A DNA stretch of 62,895 bases, filler included. It is 6 parts of 6 records of this genome, joined end to end, with 100 filler letters (N's around TTAATTAATTAA, not from the genome) between each part and the next. Parts side by side here need not be neighbours in the genome. Positions count along the whole stretch, not along the records: positions 57,670 to 62,895 come from SRR31156797_4456; 5 more parts are not named here. One strand, given 5' to 3'. The translations under genes were made by a program, and so were the position numbers. Position 1 is the stretch's first letter. Every line of letters starts with the position of its first letter. This document shows positions 59,125 through 62,895 of the stretch, piece after piece. The notes beneath the pieces are model-generated. The model searched no databases and was not told where the DNA came from. It saw only the letters and a list, made by a program, of their open reading frames with translations.

Positions 59125-60531
59125 TTACAAACTATTTAGAAGAGTTGCAAGTAATTTCGCTCCCTCATCTATTTTACTCTCTTCAATAAAGCCAAAACCA
59201 ATTAAAAACATTAATTTTTTTTCTTTATTTTCCTGTGACCAATTTTTTGAAGCTGTATATATTTTTATACTGTTAGCTCGAGTTATTCTCACTATCTCTT
59301 CTTCTTGCAATTTATTATCCACTTCAAGTAATAGATGCAATCCGGCTTTACCATCTCTGATTTTATAATTAGAGTTTAAATTCTCTTTTAGAGTTCTGAC
59401 TAACAATTCATGCTTTTTGCTATATACTCTTCTCATCTTTCTAATATGTCTTTCCCAATGACCATTTTTAATAAAAAGTTCCAAAGCACATTGAGTTATC
59501 TTTGCCACTGGTTGTTCATATAAATATTTAAATTCTCTATATTTCTTTAGAAATGTTTTCGGTAAAATCATATAGCTTATTCTAAGAGAAGGGGCTAAGG
59601 ATTTTGAGAAAGTCCCCATATAGATCACTTGTTCTCTTGCCATACTCTGCATAGCCGGAATTGGGCGGCCGCTATATCTGAACTCACTATCATAATCATC
59701 CTCTACTATAAAATTACCCGTTTCATTTGCCCAGTTAATTAAATTTTGCCTCCTCTTAATTGACATTACAGCTCCTGTTGGAAATTGATGAGACGGAGTT
59801 ACAAATGCAAATTTTGCATTACTTCTTCTCAACTCTTCAACAGAAAGTCCGTTTTTATCCAAGGATATGGGAGTTAATTTAAATTCATCTCTTTCAAACA
59901 TCATACGCGCATAATTCCATCCCGGATTCTCAAAGGCAATCTTCTTATCTTTATTTTCAATAAGTCGACATAAAAGCTCAATAGAGTTTTGTGTTCCTGC
60001 CGTTATCACCACATCTCTTGCATTACATAATACACCTCTTGATGAGCGCAGATATTCCGCGATCTCTCTTCTTAAGCCTAACTCACCTTGCTGATCTCCA
60101 TACTGCAATATATCAAGTTGTGAATCTCCGAGCACTTGTGACATTAATTTTCTCCATAGTTTGCTGTCAAAACTTCTGGCATCAACTTTTGAATAAGCAA
60201 AATCATAATCGAAATTTTCATTTTGTTCATGATCATACATATCGCCTGAGTTTTCTTCTTTATAACTCACTAAAAGATTTTCTTCCAATTCAATAACATA
60301 CATTCCACTTCTAGGTCTGCTCTCTATATAACCCTCTACTTCAAGTTGCTGATAGGCGTTTTCTATAGTAATTTTACTTATCTCTAATGACTTTGATAAA
60401 TTTCTGATAGAGGGAAGTTTTGTTCCTTTTTCTATTCTCCCAGCTTTAATTTCATTTTTAAAAAATTTATATAACTGTAAATATATCGGTTCTTTAATCT
60501 TTTGATCTATCTGAAATGTAATTTCTAGCAT
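59125..60531 (-). CDS. MocR/PdxR-type GntR-PLP aminotransferase-domain regulator
   Basis: LPSIR wHTH, TPSHQFPTG, EDDYDSEF and GTFSK. Confidence 0.93.
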   Translation of the reverse strand: MLEITFQIDQKIKEPIYLQLYKFFKNEIKAGRIEKGTKLPSIRNLSKSLEISKITIENAYQQLEVEGYIESRPRSGMYVIELEENLLVSYKEENSGDMYDHEQNENFDYDFAYSKVDARSFDSKLWRKLMSQVLGDSQLDILQYGDQQGELGLRREIAEYLRSSRGVLCNARDVVITAGTQNSIELLCRLIENKDKKIAFENPGWNYARMMFERDEFKLTPISLDKNGLSVEELRRSNAKFAFVTPSHQFPTGAVMSIKRRQNLINWANETGNFIVEDDYDSEFRYSGRPIPAMQSMAREQVIYMGTFSKSLAPSLRISYMILPKTFLKKYREFKYLYEQPVAKITQCALELFIKNGHWERHIRKMRRVYSKKHELLVRTLKENLNSNYKIRDGKAGLHLLLEVDNKLQEEEIVRITRANSIKIYTASKNWSQENKEKKLMFLIGFGFIEESKIDEGAKLLATLLNSL

Positions 60532-60566
60532 TTTTCACTCCTTAATTATAGCTGATTACAGATTCT

Positions 60567-60617
60567 AAACTGACCCTGTTTTTTTTACCAAAACTGCCTC
60601 TAACAATAATATCAGTT
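60567..60617. promoter_or_regulatory. Candidate MocR operator (two direct and one inverted AACTG boxes)
   Basis: AAACTGACC (60567), AAACTGCC (60591) and ATCAGTT (60611). Confidence 0.55.
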
Positions 60618-60688
60618 CCATGATAACCTATTTATTGAAAAATATCAATTATACTCACATAAATTTTATTACATGAAGGAGATTAAAT

Positions 60689-61588
60689 ATGAAAACAAAA
60701 CTTTTAGAAAAAAATCCTGAACTTTTCTTATTAATTACAGCAATTATCTGGGGCGGAGGTTTCCTATTTACCAAACTTGCTTTGGATAACGGAGTTACTT
60801 CTCTGTATACGATGCTTATCAGGTTTTCATTAGCAAGTATAAGTTTAGCTTTGGTTTTCCCTAAAAAACTAAAATTAATTAATAAAGTTGATCTTAGAAA
60901 CGGTACAATCTTAGGAATTAGTTTATTTTTAGGTTTTCTGGCACAAACTGTCGGTTTAGTATATACAACTCCGTCAAAAAATGCATTTCTAACAGCTGTA
61001 AATGTTGTCATTGTACCTTTTATATACTGGGCAATTCATAAAAAGCGTCCTGAGCTTAAAATATTTCTCTCTATCGCTTTTTCTACATTTGGGATATATC
61101 TGCTTAGTATGAGTGAAACTCTTAGCTTAAACTTAGGAGATTCTCTTAGCCTGATGTGTGCAGTTTTTTATGCCTTTTATATAGTACTTAGCGGAATATA
61201 TACTAAAAAAAGTGATCCGGTTATTTTGACAATAGTTCAAATGGGAGTTGCTGCTATACTTTCATTTATATTTGCGTTAACACTCGAGGAGTTTCCGAGA
61301 AATGCAAATATTCTGGGGATTTTATCGAGTATCTATTTAGGATTGTTTAGTACTATGCTTGCATTTGTTATACAGATGGCTGTTCAGAGATATACCAGTG
61401 CAACTAAAACAGCTATAATATTATCTACAGAGTCACTTTTCGGGACGCTATTTTCTGTTTGGATTATAGGAGAGATTCTTACTCCCAAAATGATGCTTGG
61501 ATGTGCTATAATATTTACCGCTGTATTAATTGCAGAAATAAGCTTTGATTTTAAGTTATTTTATAGAAAAAAGCAAAATCAAATCTAG
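60689..61588 (+). CDS. EamA/DMT-family transporter
   Basis: IWGGGF, about ten TM helices, two EamA repeats. Confidence 0.92.
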   Translation: MKTKLLEKNPELFLLITAIIWGGGFLFTKLALDNGVTSLYTMLIRFSLASISLALVFPKKLKLINKVDLRNGTILGISLFLGFLAQTVGLVYTTPSKNAFLTAVNVVIVPFIYWAIHKKRPELKIFLSIAFSTFGIYLLSMSETLSLNLGDSLSLMCAVFYAFYIVLSGIYTKKSDPVILTIVQMGVAAILSFIFALTLEEFPRNANILGILSSIYLGLFSTMLAFVIQMAVQRYTSATKTAIILSTESLFGTLFSVWIIGEILTPKMMLGCAIIFTAVLIAEISFDFKLFYRKKQNQI

Positions 61589-61731
61589 TCTTTATTAAAA
61601 AACACAATAAAAAATAATTACTCCAAATTAATTTTTTTGAAAAAAAAGGTTTAATTTTTGACAGATTATATTATAATCTAACTGTAAGTGATTTAATAAA
61701 ATATTTTATAGAGATTATAGAGAGGTTAATC

Positions 61732-62769
61732 ATGAAAAAAATAACCATAAAAGATATAGCAAAAGCTGCAGGTGTTTCACCATCTACAGTATCAAATGTA
61801 ATAAATGGTGTGGCAAAGTGCTCAGAGGATACAAAGTTTAAGATACTTCAAATTATGGAAGAGCTTAATTACAAACCTAATTTAAATGCAAAAGCACTTG
61901 TTCAAAGAAAGTCTAACCTGATCGGGGTGATCTTTCCACAGTTTGATAAAGAGTATTATGAAGCTCCAAATGACAGACCCTTTATGCAGAATATTCTAGC
62001 TGGAATGAATCATGCTTTACTTGAATCAGAAAATTATGATCTTTTGTTTACAGAGTCATCAAATGCAACTGCAATAGCAGAATGGATATCAAAAAGAAAC
62101 CTTGATGCAGTAATTCTAATCGGAATGTTTTCCGGTGGAGTTATTTCACAGATTCAAAAGCTCGAGATGCCAGTTATACTAGTAGATAATTACTATGATG
62201 AACTTGCCGGAGCGGTTTATATCAGATCCGAAGATACTTTTGGAGGATATCTCGCTGCTGAGCACCTAATATTAAAGGGTTGTAAGAACTTGGCAATAGC
62301 AACCGGAACTCTTGACCAACATGAGATCTTCCAGAGAAGATTTTATGGATGTTTAAGTGCTTTTGAAGATTACGGGATTCACTTTGATGAAAAAAATATC
62401 TTCGAAGAGAACAAAATATCTTTTAACGGAGGTAAAATCCTCGGACATAGAATATTGAATTCTGGTAAAATTGATGGTATTATCGTTTTAACAGATATTA
62501 TGGCACTAGGTATCTTGAGAGTTTTGAACGAAAAACAGATAGCTGTACCAAATGATATCTCTCTCATTGGATTTGATAATATTCCTGCATGTGAATATGC
62601 ATTTCCACAACTTTCTACAATAGATCAGAAAGTTTTTGAAAAGGGAGATCAGGCAGTTAGTACAGCACTAAAGATACTGGAAAATGAAGCAGCAAAAACA
62701 AAGAAAAAAACTAAAATTAATCAAGATATTTCAATTGATGTTGAACTTATTATTAGAGAAACAACTTAA
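61732..62769 (+). CDS. LacI-family transcriptional regulator
   Basis: TIKDIAKAAGVSPSTVS and VPNDISLIGFDN. Confidence 0.95.
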   Translation: MKKITIKDIAKAAGVSPSTVSNVINGVAKCSEDTKFKILQIMEELNYKPNLNAKALVQRKSNLIGVIFPQFDKEYYEAPNDRPFMQNILAGMNHALLESENYDLLFTESSNATAIAEWISKRNLDAVILIGMFSGGVISQIQKLEMPVILVDNYYDELAGAVYIRSEDTFGGYLAAEHLILKGCKNLAIATGTLDQHEIFQRRFYGCLSAFEDYGIHFDEKNIFEENKISFNGGKILGHRILNSGKIDGIIVLTDIMALGILRVLNEKQIAVPNDISLIGFDNIPACEYAFPQLSTIDQKVFEKGDQAVSTALKILENEAAKTKKKTKINQDISIDVELIIRETT

Positions 62770-62792
62770 AATAATTATATAGTACAATTTTG

Positions 62793-62827
62793 ACGAGGTT
62801 TGCTAATTAGCAAACCTCGTTTTTTTA
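62793..62827 (+). terminator. Intrinsic terminator (perfect 28-bp palindrome)
   Basis: ACGAGGTTTGCTAATTAGCAAACCTCGT followed by a T run. Confidence 0.85.
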
Positions 62828-62895
62828 TATTTTATTAATTAAAAATATTTTCAAACAACTATAAAGATGTGCGTAAATTATGGCAAAATATAAAA

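Noticed and set aside
62793-62820. Perfect 28-bp palindrome as a LacI operator or mobile-element end
   Set aside because: Its position just after the stop codon with a following T run is fully explained by an intrinsic terminator.

Overview
This window is not one locus. It is six unrelated contigs joined by 100-nt N/TTAATTAATTAA linkers (5722-5821, 11017-11116, 37038-37137, 45647-45746, 57570-57669). Taxon labels below are my inference from protein style and composition. (1) 1-5721, Desulfobacterota-like: three EPS glycosyltransferases (one PEP-CTERM/XrtA-type) and two tandem AlbA_2(Schlafen)/HATPase genes, the second split by a single in-frame TAG; 7-bp repeats sit at three positions (gene junctions and the contig start). 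(2) 5822-11016: the probable right end of an island bounded by a 3' tRNA-Glu fragment, with integron-cassette-like and structured-RNA signals, then nfnAB and an attC-like hairpin cluster. (3) 11117-37037, Deferribacterota-like core genome: aroF with an unannotated Phe/Tyr/Trp leader-peptide attenuator, gmhA-mfd-PPIase-surA-S4-glmS, gatCAB-mce, galE, a YjbH / extended YjbE-GfcA-like / SLBB polysaccharide export cluster, aminotransferase-hisZ-purA and tRNAs. (4) 37138-45646: thrA-asd-thrB, a rhodanese lipoprotein, thrC and nagA, with mosaic 7/8-bp repeats and REP-like palindromes between genes. (5) 45747-57569, Arcobacter-like AT-rich: histidine kinase, BCCT transporter, iorAB-like/xdhC, and a TpsA-like/FecR/CHASE2-GGDEF/TpsB operon. 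(6) 57670-62895, AT-rich anaerobe: HAD hydrolase, CheY-like regulator, MocR/PdxR-like regulator with a divergent EamA transporter, and LacI. The strongest leads are the aroF attenuator and the YjbE-like Thr/His-tailed protein cluster. I ran no database searches; all family calls come from motif recognition.
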